The position numbers and the translations under genes were made by a program. From assembly GCA_023142595.1 (NCBI GenBank), contig JAGLJF010000027.1:1-61453 (forward strand): a DNA stretch of 61,453 nt, read 5' to 3'. The notes beneath the pieces were generated by a model. The model searched no databases, was not told where the DNA came from, and saw nothing but the letters and a program-made list of their open reading frames with translations. Source of the stretch: Minisyncoccota bacterium. GTDB taxonomy: Bacteria; Patescibacteriota; Minisyncoccia; JAHIHE01; JAGLIN01. Within the stretch, counting starts at the first letter, position 1. Each line of letters opens with the position of its first letter. Positions 10,083-20,682 of this stretch are shown here, in pieces.

Positions 10083-10790
10083 ATGGAAAAATTAGCAATA
10101 CATCTAAAAAATGTTCATAAGTCATATTATCTTTTTAATGGCGAAGAAGTACCTGTGCTTAATGGTATTAATCTCGAAATTGAGAAAGGAGAATTCGTAG
10201 CGTTAATGGGAGAGTCTGGTGGCGGGAAAACAACTTTATTGAACATAATAGGATGTCTTCATTCCTTGACTGAGGGAGAATATTTTTTAGATGGAGAAAA
10301 TATTGGAGAAGTTAGAGATGATTATACATTAGCCTTTATCAGAAATAAAAAAATGGGTTTTGTGTTTCAGCAGTTTAATCTATTTTCTCGATTTACCGCA
10401 TTGAAAAATATTGCCTTGCCAGCTCTCTATTCTGGAGAGGAAAAAAATATCAGAGAGCAAAGAGCTATAAAGCTTATGAAAAGTGTTAATATAGAAGACA
10501 GGGCAAATCACAAACCCACAGAGCTTTCTGGTGGACAACAACAGCGTGTTTCAATTTGTAGATCACTGATAAATAATCCAGATATAATTTTGGCAGATGA
10601 ACCAACTGGTGCGCTTGATTCTAAGTCTGGTATTGAAATAATGAAAATATTTACTGATTTAAAAAAGAAAAATAAAACAATTATTATGGTTACTCATACT
10701 GCAGAAGTGGCAAAATATGCTGATAGAATAATTTATCTGCGTGACGGAAAAGTGGTGGATAATAATTATAAACTAACTTCAGATTATTAA
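10083..10790 (+). CDS. ABC transporter ATP-binding protein (MacB/LolD type)
   Basis: GESGGGKTT, LSGGQQQRV, ILADEPTGALD, VTH. Confidence 0.95.
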   Translation: MEKLAIHLKNVHKSYYLFNGEEVPVLNGINLEIEKGEFVALMGESGGGKTTLLNIIGCLHSLTEGEYFLDGENIGEVRDDYTLAFIRNKKMGFVFQQFNLFSRFTALKNIALPALYSGEEKNIREQRAIKLMKSVNIEDRANHKPTELSGGQQQRVSICRSLINNPDIILADEPTGALDSKSGIEIMKIFTDLKKKNKTIIMVTHTAEVAKYADRIIYLRDGKVVDNNYKLTSDY

Positions 10791-10791
10791 T

Positions 10792-11985
10792 ATGAAATTA
10801 GAAATTATAAAAATGTCTTTTGAATCTTTACTTGCAAATAAAACAAGGACGTTTCTTTCAATGCTTGGAATCATTATTGGAGTTTCTACTGTTATTGCCG
10901 TGTTTGCAATTGGACAAGGCGCGCAAAAAGCAGTAGACGAACAATTTCAAGGATTATCCGCTGATTCAATTATTGTTATGTCGATGAGAGGAAAAATCGA
11001 AAGCTCTAAACTCAAAACTACAGATTCAAAAGTGATAATTGAAAATTGTCCGAATATCTCAGAAGCAACGGCTGTGATACAAAGCACCCTGGCTGTTTCT
11101 TTTGAGTCTGAAAGTGGTTCTTTTAATATAATGGGGATTGAAAGCAATTATTTCGAAATGTCTAGTGTAAATATCGCTGAAGGCAGATTAATAACTGATG
11201 AAGATATAAAAGACAATGAAAGAATAGCAATTCTTGGAAGCGATGTTGTGGAAACACTATTTTTCGAAAAAGATGAAATAATTGGTCAAAATATAAAAAT
11301 AAACGGCAAGACACTTGAAGTGGTCGGGATAGTTGAAGAAACTGGAAGAAGTATGGGAAAAAATTCTTTGGACGATGCGATTTACTTGCCAAATACCACA
11401 GCAGAAAAAAGTGTTTTAGGAAGTAATTCTTCTGTAATGATATTTACAGTGGCTAGTGGCGTGGAAAATATTGAGATTGCATCAGAAGAACTTGTGAAAG
11501 CTTTGAGAGAAGAACATGGATTGAGAGATAGTCAGGGAGATGATTTTAGAATAATGGACGCGGGGGCTATGGTTGGAGCAGCCCAAGATTCAGCTGAACT
11601 TATGACATTTCTTTTGACTTCTGTGGCGGCTATTGTTCTGCTCGTGTCAGGTATTGGAATTATGAATGTTATGTTTGTCACAGTTGCAGAAAGGACAAAA
11701 GAAATTGGGATATCAAAAGCAATTGGAGGAAAGCAAGGAGATATTTTGGGACAATTTTTACTGGAATCTGTAATACTTTCAATGGTTGGTGGACTGTTTG
11801 GAATTATAGTTGGTTCATTGGCCATTCCAATTCTTTCAAAATTAGATATAATGGTATTGGCTTTTTCATGGACAGGTCCTGTAATAGGTTTTTGCTTTTC
11901 TGCTATTGTTGGTATATTCTTTGGATTTTACCCCGCTTTAAAGGCTAGTCGTCTTGATCCAGTAGACGCTTTAAGAAGTGAATAA
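10792..11985 (+). CDS. ABC transporter permease (MacB/FtsX type)
   Basis: RTFLSMLGIIIGV, GIGIMNVM..ERTKEIG, GFYPALKASRLDPVDALRSE. Confidence 0.95.
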   Translation: MKLEIIKMSFESLLANKTRTFLSMLGIIIGVSTVIAVFAIGQGAQKAVDEQFQGLSADSIIVMSMRGKIESSKLKTTDSKVIIENCPNISEATAVIQSTLAVSFESESGSFNIMGIESNYFEMSSVNIAEGRLITDEDIKDNERIAILGSDVVETLFFEKDEIIGQNIKINGKTLEVVGIVEETGRSMGKNSLDDAIYLPNTTAEKSVLGSNSSVMIFTVASGVENIEIASEELVKALREEHGLRDSQGDDFRIMDAGAMVGAAQDSAELMTFLLTSVAAIVLLVSGIGIMNVMFVTVAERTKEIGISKAIGGKQGDILGQFLLESVILSMVGGLFGIIVGSLAIPILSKLDIMVLAFSWTGPVIGFCFSAIVGIFFGFYPALKASRLDPVDALRSE

Positions 11986-12006
11986 CAAAACTATCATCTT
12001 CATGAA

Positions 12007-12051
12007 ATTAATAGAAAATAACTTTTAAAGAGTTATTTTCTATTAGTTAAT
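12007..12051. terminator. Long AT-rich hairpin after ABC operon
   Basis: taatagaaaataact-tttaaag-agttattttctatta inverted repeat. Confidence 0.6.
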
Positions 12052-12252
12052 GAATAGTAGTATGGTTTTCAATGTGGGTGGATTAGCACAAATATTTGAT
12101 TAAACAAATAAATTTTGTTAAAATTAAATCAAGAAGTATGAATATAGTTTGTAAATATAATTCTTGACATAACGATTATTGTGTATTAGTATGAGTTATG
12201 TTGTGAATAGGGCAAAGCATCTTGTTTTATAAATAAAAAATAAAATAAAAAT

Positions 12253-12552
12253 ATGTCAAAATCTAATCAAACGGCTGGTATGCAGATCGCAACAAAGTGC
12301 CCAATGTGTGATTTCAAATATGATAAAGATGACATAAAAGTAATAAATAATAAGGAAGGGATGACTACTCTTTATTTAGGTTGTAAGAGGTGTAAAAGTT
12401 CTGTGATGATTGTTATAATGACTGGGGCTTTGGGAATTACATCCGTGAGTATGATTTCAGATATAGTTGAAGATGATTTAAAAAAAATAGAAGGAAATTG
12501 TATTGAATATGATGATGTTTTAGAAATGCACAAGTTTTTAAAGAATAAATAA
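12253..12552 (+). CDS. Small Zn-ribbon hypothetical protein
   Basis: CPMC and CKRC pairs, C-terminal DDVLEMHKFL; 11 nt upstream of rplY. Confidence 0.75.
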   Translation: MSKSNQTAGMQIATKCPMCDFKYDKDDIKVINNKEGMTTLYLGCKRCKSSVMIVIMTGALGITSVSMISDIVEDDLKKIEGNCIEYDDVLEMHKFLKNK

Positions 12553-12563
12553 TATAAATAATT

Positions 12564-13247
12564 ATGGAAACATTAGTAATTTCTGCCCAAACAAGGGAAC
12601 TTAAAGGAAGAAAAGCAAATAAATTAAGAGCTCAAGGACTTGTTCCTGGTATTGTTTATGGACACAAGAAAGAAAGTCAGTCTATTTCAATTGACAGCAA
12701 AGAGTTTAAAAAAGTTCTTCGAAGCGCTGGTGAAAATACCTTAATTGATTTGAAAATTGGCGACAAAGAACAAGGAAAAGTTATAATTCATGAATATCAA
12801 ACTGATCCAGTGACTGATTTGGTAACGCATGTTGATTTATATCAAGTGAAAATGAACGAGAAAATAACAGCAAATATTCCAATTAAATTTGTCGGTGAAT
12901 CTTTTGCTGTAAAAAACGAAGGAGCAGTTTTGGTTAAAAGTTATGACGCTCTTGAAGTTAAGTGTTTGCCAGGAGATCTGATTCATTCTATTGAAGTTGA
13001 TCTTAGTCTTTTGGAAAATATTGATGATAATATTAAAGTGGGAGATTTGAAAGTGGGAGATAATATTGAAATTATAGTAAGTCCAGAAATTACTATTATA
13101 AGTGCTGGTGCTCCAAGAACAGCTCAGGAAATGGAAGATCTTGATGAAAAAGTTGAAGAAAAAGTTGAAGATGTTGATGACGGCAAGGAGAAAGTTGAAG
13201 GAGAAGAGAAAGAGGACGAAGATAAAAAAGCTGAGGATAAAAAATAA
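12564..13247 (+). CDS. rplY: 50S ribosomal protein L25/Ctc
   Basis: LRAQGLVPGIVYG, HVDLY, long Ctc-type C-terminal domain with acidic tail. Confidence 0.95.
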   Translation: METLVISAQTRELKGRKANKLRAQGLVPGIVYGHKKESQSISIDSKEFKKVLRSAGENTLIDLKIGDKEQGKVIIHEYQTDPVTDLVTHVDLYQVKMNEKITANIPIKFVGESFAVKNEGAVLVKSYDALEVKCLPGDLIHSIEVDLSLLENIDDNIKVGDLKVGDNIEIIVSPEITIISAGAPRTAQEMEDLDEKVEEKVEDVDDGKEKVEGEEKEDEDKKAEDKK

Positions 13248-13301
13248 GATTACTAGCTTTTGAGTTTGAAATTATATTTTCATTATAAAAATCGAGGTTT
13301 T

Positions 13302-14720
13302 ATGAATATAATCTTCAAGTCTAAAATCAAATTTTTTTCAAACAACCACAGAGCTATTTTGCTTTGTGGTTTGTTTGTTTTATTTTTTATTTTTTCATTT
13401 ACAATGGTGAGATCTGCAGAAGTTGGCGCTGATGAAATGAATGTGCAAAAAAATGATCAGCGTATTGAACAAATTAAAGAAGAAATTAAGCAAACTCAAG
13501 GGGAGATAAATAAATATACTGAAGAAGTTAAAGCGCAACAGCAAAAAGCAAGAACCTTGCAAAGAGATATCGCTATCTATAACAGTAAGATGAATAAGAA
13601 CGAATTAGAATTGAAAGAAACGAAATTATCAATTCAAGCAGCTGATGCAGAAATAGATAAGATTAAAGAAATATTAACAGAGGGCGAGATAAAAATTGAA
13701 GAAAATAAAGAATCGCTGAGAAATTTGATCAGGCTTTTGTATTCTTATGAACAAGATTCTATGTTGGAAATACTTATAACTAGAGATAATCTTTCTGATT
13801 TTTTCAATGAAATTGATGCCGTGGAGTCTGTTAAAGATGGAATGCTCCAAACAATAGTTGATCTCAAAAATCAAAAAGAGGAGTTGAATTTCAGAAGCGA
13901 AGAGCTTGAAGAGCAACAAAAAGAAAAAGGAAAATTAATCCAAATTAAATCATATCAAAATGATTCCTTGCAAGATCTTAAGGTTCAGAAAAATGAATTG
14001 TTGGAAGTTACTAAGGGAGATGAAAAACAGTTCCAGCAACTATTAGAAGAAAATAAAAATATTCTTCCATCTCTTCGTGCTGAGCTTTATGATTTACAGA
14101 GTTTGGGAAATAAAATTAAATTTGATGATGCATATTCTGCGGCAAAATATATCGGAGAAAGAATTGGAGTTCGTCCTGCTTTTTTACTTGGAATTTTAAA
14201 AGTAGAATCTAATCTTGGAAAAAACACAGGTAGCGGAAATTGGGAGGATGATATGTACGGATGCTATATGAGATTATCGGAAATAGCTCGTACTTCAAAA
14301 AGAAAAGCATATTATATAAAAAGAGCTAATACAGAAAAAAACGCATATTTTTCTATAATTGACAAATTGGGGATTGATCCATTTTCTGTCAAAGTTTCAA
14401 AAGAACCAACTTATGGTTGTGGTGGGGCGATGGGTCCTGCTCAATTTATACCATCTACATGGCTTGCTTATGAGCCAAGAATTGCGGATGTTTCTGGTCA
14501 CTATCCACCGAGTCCTTGGGAATTGGCAGATGCAATGGCGGCAATGGCGATATTAGTTTCTGATACTCCTGGAGTGGTAGGCGGAAACTATGATGCTGAA
14601 TATGAGGCAGCTGGAAGATACTTAGGAGGAGGAAATTGGAGATCAAAAAATTTATTTTTCTATCCAAACAAAGTAATGCTCTATGCTAATTTATACGAAG
14701 AAGAATTGAGTGGTTTATAA
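13302..14720 (+). CDS. Coiled-coil protein with C-terminal lytic transglycosylase-like domain
   Basis: N-terminal TM, long coiled coil, ILKVESNLG (catalytic Glu) and GGAMGPAQFIPSTW; ATG at 13302 preferred over TTG at 13260. Confidence 0.8.
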   Translation: MNIIFKSKIKFFSNNHRAILLCGLFVLFFIFSFTMVRSAEVGADEMNVQKNDQRIEQIKEEIKQTQGEINKYTEEVKAQQQKARTLQRDIAIYNSKMNKNELELKETKLSIQAADAEIDKIKEILTEGEIKIEENKESLRNLIRLLYSYEQDSMLEILITRDNLSDFFNEIDAVESVKDGMLQTIVDLKNQKEELNFRSEELEEQQKEKGKLIQIKSYQNDSLQDLKVQKNELLEVTKGDEKQFQQLLEENKNILPSLRAELYDLQSLGNKIKFDDAYSAAKYIGERIGVRPAFLLGILKVESNLGKNTGSGNWEDDMYGCYMRLSEIARTSKRKAYYIKRANTEKNAYFSIIDKLGIDPFSVKVSKEPTYGCGGAMGPAQFIPSTWLAYEPRIADVSGHYPPSPWELADAMAAMAILVSDTPGVVGGNYDAEYEAAGRYLGGGNWRSKNLFFYPNKVMLYANLYEEELSGL

Positions 14721-14762
14721 AATATTATAATTTGGTTGTTTGTGAAATATATTAGATAGCTT

Positions 14763-15026
14763 ATGAAAAAAATTGTTCAAAATGAAAAAAGAGATATATT
14801 TGAAATAACTTACGCTATAAGTTTAATTACTCAAATTGGCGTGGTTGTTTCTGTAATTACGATATCATTTATTTATTCTGGTTATTATTTAGACAAGCAA
14901 CTTGATAAATCTCCGATATTTGTGATTTTTGGCGCATTATTTGCTTTTATATTTTCAATGTACGGTGTTTATCGTTTGGTTTTACCAATTTCAAAAAAGA
15001 AAGAGAAAAAAGAAGACGCTGAATAG
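14763..15026 (+). CDS. AtpZ/AtpI-like small membrane protein
   Basis: Two TM helices flanking GYYLDKQLDKSPIF, the ATPase-gene-1 pattern. Confidence 0.7.
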   Translation: MKKIVQNEKRDIFEITYAISLITQIGVVVSVITISFIYSGYYLDKQLDKSPIFVIFGALFAFIFSMYGVYRLVLPISKKKEKKEDAE

Positions 15027-15111
15027 AATATTAAAAATATTTTGAGGAGTATTTTTATATATTTGTGGATGATAATTTGTTTATCGCAAGTGATTGATTA
15101 TTGCAAATGCA

Positions 15112-15140
15112 TTGACATAAATTACAATATAGACTATTAT
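15112..15140 (+). promoter_or_regulatory. sigma70 promoter for rpsP
   Basis: TTGACA-17-TATTAT. Confidence 0.65.
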
Positions 15141-15177
15141 ATTGAAGTACAGAATAATAAATTAATGTGAAAGAATT

Positions 15178-15558
15178 ATGCTAAGAATAAGATTAAGTCG
15201 CGTGGGAAGAAAGAATATGGCTCAGTTCAGAATAACTGTGGCTGATATCAAAAGATCTCCGACGGGAAAATTTATTGAGATAATAGGTAATTATAATTCT
15301 CATACAAAAGAAAAAGTATTTAAAAAAGATCGAGCTGAATATTGGATTTCAAAAGGAGCACAACCTTCTCCAACCGTTTATAATCTTTTTGTTGATGCTG
15401 GAGTGATTAAGGGTGACAAGGTGACTTCTTGGAGACCAAAAAAGAAAAGTAAAGAAGAAACTGAAGCAAGAGCTAAAAAAGCAGAGGTTGTAAAAGAAGA
15501 AGCTCCAAAGAGCGAAGAGAAAACAGATTCGACCAAAGAAAAGAAAGAAGAGAAATAA
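15178..15558 (+). CDS. rpsP: 30S ribosomal protein S16
   Basis: MLRIRLSRVGRKN, GKFIEIIGNYN, YWISKGAQPSPTV. Confidence 0.97.
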   Translation: MLRIRLSRVGRKNMAQFRITVADIKRSPTGKFIEIIGNYNSHTKEKVFKKDRAEYWISKGAQPSPTVYNLFVDAGVIKGDKVTSWRPKKKSKEETEARAKKAEVVKEEAPKSEEKTDSTKEKKEEK

Positions 15559-15570
15559 AAAATATCATCA

Positions 15571-15598
15571 TTGACAGTATTTTTTACAGTTGTATAAT
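15571..15598 (+). promoter_or_regulatory. sigma70 promoter for khpA
   Basis: TTGACA-16-TATAAT. Confidence 0.6.
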
Positions 15599-15739
15599 TA
15601 ATTCGGTAGCATAAGTTGGTAGATAAAATTTAATCAGAAAAAGGTCGACAGAGTAAAAATGATTATAAAAATAGCATATAAATAATAAGTTAACTAATTC
15701 AAGCAAATTTTTTTGTTTGAAAATAGAAAGAAAACAGAA

Positions 15740-16084
15740 ATGGAAAATGCAACAGATCAAGAATTCGTAGAATTCATAGTAAAATCAATCGTTGATAACC
15801 CAAATGATGTAAAAATCGAAAGAACAGTTGATGAGATGGGAGTTTTAATTTCTCTTACAATCAATCCAGCTGATATGGGACAAATCATCGGAAGACAAGG
15901 TTCAACTGCAAAATCAATCAGAACTCTTCTCAGAGTTATTGGCGCAAAGAACAATGCTAGAGTTAATTTCAAAATTGTTGAACCAGAAGGCTCAACAAGA
16001 CCAGAAAGAACTGAGAGACCAGAAACAACTAATACACCACAAACTCAAGACGTAGAAGATGTAGTTAACGACCTAACTCTATAA
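15740..16084 (+). CDS. khpA: KH-domain RNA-binding protein KhpA/YlqC
   Basis: DMGQIIGRQGSTAKSIRTLL GxxG KH motif; located between rpsP and trmD; ATG at 15740 chosen. Confidence 0.9.
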   Translation: MENATDQEFVEFIVKSIVDNPNDVKIERTVDEMGVLISLTINPADMGQIIGRQGSTAKSIRTLLRVIGAKNNARVNFKIVEPEGSTRPERTERPETTNTPQTQDVEDVVNDLTL

Positions 16085-16170
16085 TTTATTTATAGATTTA
16101 CAATAATTAAAAACCATGCTATTTTTTAGATAGTGTGGTTTTTAAAATGTGATTTAAATCATATAAATTT

Positions 16171-16872
16171 ATGCAATTTGATATTATTACAATTTTTCCG
16201 AAAATGTTTGACTCGTATTTTAGCGAAGGTGTTTTGTCGCGAGCTCTCAAGAAAAATCAAATAAAAATTAATGTGCATGATTTGCGAAAATATTCGAATA
16301 ATAGACATAATAAAGTTGATGACACCCCTTTTGGAGGTGGTGTAGGTATGATAATAAAAGTTGAACCAGTCTATAGGGCATTATTAGATTTAAAAATAAT
16401 AAAAAAAGACGGGACAAGAACGCAAAAATCTCAAAAGAATACAAAAGTTTTTTTAATGTCTGCGAAAGGGGAGCAGTATAATCAAAAATCAGCAAGAGAA
16501 CTCGCTGATTTAAAGAGAATCATTTTGATTTGTGGAAGATATGAAGGTGTTGATGAAAGAGTCGCAAAATATCTAGTTGATGGTGAAATTTCTGTGGGTG
16601 AGTATATATTAACGGGTGGTGAAATCCCAGCGATGATTGTTATTGATTCTGTTTCTAGATTAATTGGCGGAGTCTTAGGTAATGAAGAATCAATAGTTAA
16701 TGAGTCATTTGCGCAAAGTGGGTATATCGAACATCCTTATTATACAAGACCCGATATTTTTTCTCCTAATAAAAACATAAAATGGGAAGTGCCAGAAGTT
16801 TTGCAAAGCGGAAATCATCAAAAAATCAAGAAGTGGAAAGAAAAATACTCAAAAAATACTGGAGACTTGTAA
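16171..16872 (+). CDS. trmD: tRNA (guanine37-N1)-methyltransferase
   Basis: VDDTPFGGGVGM, LICGRYEGVDERV, ISVGEYILTGGE, YYTRP. Confidence 0.97.
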   Translation: MQFDIITIFPKMFDSYFSEGVLSRALKKNQIKINVHDLRKYSNNRHNKVDDTPFGGGVGMIIKVEPVYRALLDLKIIKKDGTRTQKSQKNTKVFLMSAKGEQYNQKSARELADLKRIILICGRYEGVDERVAKYLVDGEISVGEYILTGGEIPAMIVIDSVSRLIGGVLGNEESIVNESFAQSGYIEHPYYTRPDIFSPNKNIKWEVPEVLQSGNHQKIKKWKEKYSKNTGDL

Positions 16873-16881
16873 ATTTTTTTA

Positions 16882-18447
16882 TTATTGTAAATCATCTAAC
16901 AAACTTCTTCCCGTCATGTCTTGAGGTTTTTGAATATCGAAAAGCTCTAATATTGTAGGAGCAATATCACTTAGCATTCCTCCGATTCCCTGATCGGAAT
17001 TTTTTTCTTCCTCATATCTGATATTATTGTTGATTAACATAAAAGGAACAGGATTCGAAGAATGTTCTGTTATTTTTTCTCCTGTTTGTACATTGAATAT
17101 TTCTTCCGCATTTCCGTGATCTCCTGTGATCAGAATAGTGTCGTTGTTAGCCATTGCTTCTTTATATAATTTTCCCAAACACTTATCAACAAATTCTACT
17201 GCGCTGACTGTAGCCTTTAGATCTCCAGTATGTCCTACCATATCTGCATTAGCGTAATTTATTAATATAAAATTAAATTCATCTTTATCTAATTCTTTCA
17301 GAATTTGATCTGTAATCATATCAGCGCTCATTTCTGGAGCTTTGTCATATTGATCAACAGATGGAGAAGGCACAAGTATTCTGAATTCATTTTTAAAAGG
17401 ATCTTCTCTTCCTCCATTAAAAAAATATGTGACATGTGCATATTTTTCAGTTTCTGCGACTCTTAATTGTTTGAGTCCATTATCGCTTAAAATTTTACCA
17501 AGTGGAAATTCGACATTATCAGGTGGAAATACTACGCTTACGTCAAGGTTTTTTTCATATTCAATCATAGTCGTGAAGTGTAAGTTGGGTATTTTTCTTC
17601 CTCTGTCGAATTTGTTAAAATCATTAGCGGTAAAAGCTTCTGTGATCTGTCGAGCCCTATCTTCTCTAATGTTAAAAAATATAATCGAGTCGTTTTCTTT
17701 TATTTGTTCAAAATCGCCGTTATTATCTGCAATCAGAGTTGGATTTATAAATTCATCTGTTATGTCTTTCTCATAATATTTTTCAAGAGCTGTTACGGAA
17801 TTTGTCTCTTTGATGCCTACTGAGTTTACAAGACAATGATAAGCTAAGCCAGTTCTTTCCCAAGTTTTGTTTCTGTCCATCGCATAATATCTTCCCATAA
17901 TACTTGTGATTTTTCCTGGCAAATTTTCTTCTTTTATATTTTTTTGAAGTTCTGAAATAAATTTTATGGCAGATTTAGGACTAGTGTCCCTTCCATCTGT
18001 AAAAGCATGTATGCACACAGAATCATTGTCTACTTTATTTATTTTAAGAAGTTCTAAAATGGCATATAAATGATCTATGTGACTATGAATACCACCATCA
18101 CCTAATAATCCTATTATATGCAATTTGGAATTATTTTTTTTAGAATGATTTATTGCATCGGTTAAGGCTTTTTTATCAAAAAAACTTCTATCTTGAATTG
18201 CAAGAGATACTTTTGGCAAATTTTGATAAATTATTTTTCCAGCCCCCATAATCATATGTCCGACTTCCGAATTTCCAACTTCTCCCCAAGGCAAGCCGAC
18301 TGCTATTCCAGATGCTTGAAGTTCAGTGCTAGGATAATAATTTTTAAATTCGTCCATATTTGGAGTGTGCGCATTTGCGATAGCATTCCCAGTCGTTTCG
18401 CTGTTTATGCCCCATCCATCTAATACTACTAAAATAATCTTTTTCAT
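16882..18447 (-). CDS. gpmI: 2,3-bisphosphoglycerate-independent phosphoglycerate mutase
   Basis: LDGWG, GNSEVGH, DGRD, GRYYAMDR, ETEKYAHVTYFFNGG, DMVGHTG. Confidence 0.97.
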   Translation of the reverse strand: MKKIILVVLDGWGINSETTGNAIANAHTPNMDEFKNYYPSTELQASGIAVGLPWGEVGNSEVGHMIMGAGKIIYQNLPKVSLAIQDRSFFDKKALTDAINHSKKNNSKLHIIGLLGDGGIHSHIDHLYAILELLKINKVDNDSVCIHAFTDGRDTSPKSAIKFISELQKNIKEENLPGKITSIMGRYYAMDRNKTWERTGLAYHCLVNSVGIKETNSVTALEKYYEKDITDEFINPTLIADNNGDFEQIKENDSIIFFNIREDRARQITEAFTANDFNKFDRGRKIPNLHFTTMIEYEKNLDVSVVFPPDNVEFPLGKILSDNGLKQLRVAETEKYAHVTYFFNGGREDPFKNEFRILVPSPSVDQYDKAPEMSADMITDQILKELDKDEFNFILINYANADMVGHTGDLKATVSAVEFVDKCLGKLYKEAMANNDTILITGDHGNAEEIFNVQTGEKITEHSSNPVPFMLINNNIRYEEEKNSDQGIGGMLSDIAPTILELFDIQKPQDMTGRSLLDDLQ

Positions 18448-18544
18448 AGTTTATCTTAAAACAATTATTTATTACAAATTGACACTTAACATTATATCAT
18501 TTATCCTTATTCTAGGCAAAAATTATTAATTAATTTTAATTAAA

Positions 18545-19078
18545 ATGAATAAAAAATTTAAGATATTTAAAAAATATTCTACGTCAGAAGACTCTTTTGA
18601 GATTGTTTTGAATCACAGCTTGATAGTCCTTGGTAAAAGTATAGAAATAATAAACAGAAAAAAACTTTATAATAAGATAGATTTTGGTTTAATTGTATCT
18701 GGCTGTTTGCTTCATGATATTGGTATTTTTGGTTTGAAAAATGGCGGTTTAGATACCACTAAAAGAGTTGATTATCTTCAGCATGGAATATTTGGTGGAA
18801 AAATATTAAGAAAAGAAAAGTTATTTAAAGAAGCGTTGATAGCAGAAAGGCATATTGGTTCTGGCCTTTCAAAAGAATATATTATGCAAAATAATTTGCC
18901 ATTACCTAAAAAAGATTTTTTACCAATTACTTTGGAGCAAAAATTAATTTGTTATGCTGATAAATTTCATAGTAAAAGTGGGAAAATAGATACTTTAGAT
19001 AGTATAAAAAAAGAAATGAAGGGTTTTGGTAAGGAGCCTCTAAGGAGATTTTTAGAATTAGAAAAATTATTTGAATAG
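18545..19078 (+). CDS. HD-domain (HDIG) metal-dependent phosphohydrolase
   Basis: H...LLHDIG, HG, ERHIGSG, ICYADKF. Confidence 0.85.
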   Translation: MNKKFKIFKKYSTSEDSFEIVLNHSLIVLGKSIEIINRKKLYNKIDFGLIVSGCLLHDIGIFGLKNGGLDTTKRVDYLQHGIFGGKILRKEKLFKEALIAERHIGSGLSKEYIMQNNLPLPKKDFLPITLEQKLICYADKFHSKSGKIDTLDSIKKEMKGFGKEPLRRFLELEKLFE

Positions 19079-19130
19079 AAAAGTGTTTTGAGAATAAAAA
19101 AGTTATTTTGTAATTTGGATAAAATAGATA

Positions 19131-19159
19131 AAACCTCGGGATTAAATCTCCGAGGTTTT
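19131..19159. terminator. Bidirectional terminator between convergent genes
   Basis: aaaacctcgg...ccgaggtttt. Confidence 0.75.
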
Positions 19160-19190
19160 CATGTTATATGAGAATATAAAATAAATCAAA

Positions 19191-20543
19191 TCAAATCACT
19201 CCATCGTCTTTCATAAATTTTAAAGCTTCTATAACTGAATAAGATGCTCTGGTGATTCCCATGCTTCTCATATCTGTATCTGTTCCGACGAGGTATAGAT
19301 TTTTTATTGGAGATTTAGGAGAGGGGAACTTTACTCCCGTTGAAACCGCGGCTTTCTCTGGAATTGTAATTTGAATATGCTCAAGCTCGATATTCTCTTC
19401 TATACCTGGTATCGCCTTAAAAATAGTTTTTTTGAGTTTTTTAATTCTGTCTTCTTGACTCCCATTTTTAATGATTGTTGAAAAACCAACAAGCTGTTTA
19501 TTTTTTGGAGCAAGGTGAGCATCAAAATTTGAAAGTGGAATTGCCCAATAAGGCGTGTCTGTGTCAAAATATATTTCTGATCCTATATATGACAATTCCG
19601 GTAATTTCTTTTTTAATCCAAACCAAATCGTCAAACTTTTGGTTTGATGTAATTTTTCTAATTCTTCTTTATATTTATTTGCTAAGTTTTTTGTAAGACT
19701 AGGCAAATTTTTCATAAATCCTGAATAAATTACAAGATCAGAATAGTAGATATTTTTGTCGGTCTGAACTCCTTTGATTGTATTATTTTCTGTAATAAGT
19801 TCGAGTACTTTTTCGTTCATTCTGAAAGTTGCATTGTTTTTTGGAATTGAGTTTATGGCGCAATCGGTAATACTTTGAATCCCTCCAAGCGGATATCCTT
19901 GTGATGAATAATTGTTTTTTGTAAATTTAATCAGCGTTTTCAGATGTTTTTTATTGCTTTTGTCATCTTCATCGATATAGCCAGATCCTCCTAATATCCT
20001 CCAAGTTGGAGTTTCTTTCATTGATTTTCCAGATAAAAAATATGAAATTGTATCAATCAGTTTCAGAGTTTTTTCGGCTGGTTTATATTTTTTCATAAAT
20101 TCGTAAATACTTTTATCCAGCACTTCTCTGTTTAAAGAAAAATTTGCTACCGCATCTATCATTGAACTAGACATAATCAACCTTTCTTTTTTGGGAAGTA
20201 TATCAAATTTTGCAAGTTGCATGATGGTTAGTGGGAATTCCTGCAATTTATTTTTATCACGAACAAAATAATTTCCAATAGGAAAAAATCTTGGAACAAT
20301 TGTGAAATATTGATTGATCAATTGTTTCAAGGGTCCTTGGGCAAGCGCGGTTATCGCATGAGGGCCTGTATCCACATGATATCCATTAACTTCATATGTA
20401 CGGCAATTTCCTCCTGCAATACTATCTTTCTCAATAATAAGAACCTTTTTACCTTCTTTTGAAAGTGCCAGAGCGCTTAAAATTCCGCTTATTCCAGCTC
20501 CGATAACGATCGCATCATAACTTTTTTTTCTTTGTTTTTTCAT
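19191..20543 (-). CDS. FAD-dependent oxidoreductase (phytoene desaturase/amine oxidase-like)
   Basis: DAIVIGAGISG Rossmann motif, GGNCRT, VDTGPH, C-terminal NLYLVGTD. Confidence 0.85.
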   Translation of the reverse strand: MKKQRKKSYDAIVIGAGISGILSALALSKEGKKVLIIEKDSIAGGNCRTYEVNGYHVDTGPHAITALAQGPLKQLINQYFTIVPRFFPIGNYFVRDKNKLQEFPLTIMQLAKFDILPKKERLIMSSSMIDAVANFSLNREVLDKSIYEFMKKYKPAEKTLKLIDTISYFLSGKSMKETPTWRILGGSGYIDEDDKSNKKHLKTLIKFTKNNYSSQGYPLGGIQSITDCAINSIPKNNATFRMNEKVLELITENNTIKGVQTDKNIYYSDLVIYSGFMKNLPSLTKNLANKYKEELEKLHQTKSLTIWFGLKKKLPELSYIGSEIYFDTDTPYWAIPLSNFDAHLAPKNKQLVGFSTIIKNGSQEDRIKKLKKTIFKAIPGIEENIELEHIQITIPEKAAVSTGVKFPSPKSPIKNLYLVGTDTDMRSMGITRASYSVIEALKFMKDDGVI

Positions 20544-20682
20544 AAATATTTAATTTAAATTAATTCAGACATAAAAGATTATATCATATAAAATTATAAT
20601 AGAAAATAGAAATAAATTGACTGAAATGTGATTATGAAGATATAATAATGATATTATTAACTTTATAAGATAAATAATAATT

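Noticed and set aside
13341..13377. Hairpin caaccacagagc/gctttgtggttt as a separate RNA
   Set aside because: More simply an rplY terminator-like stem overlapping the start region of the next gene
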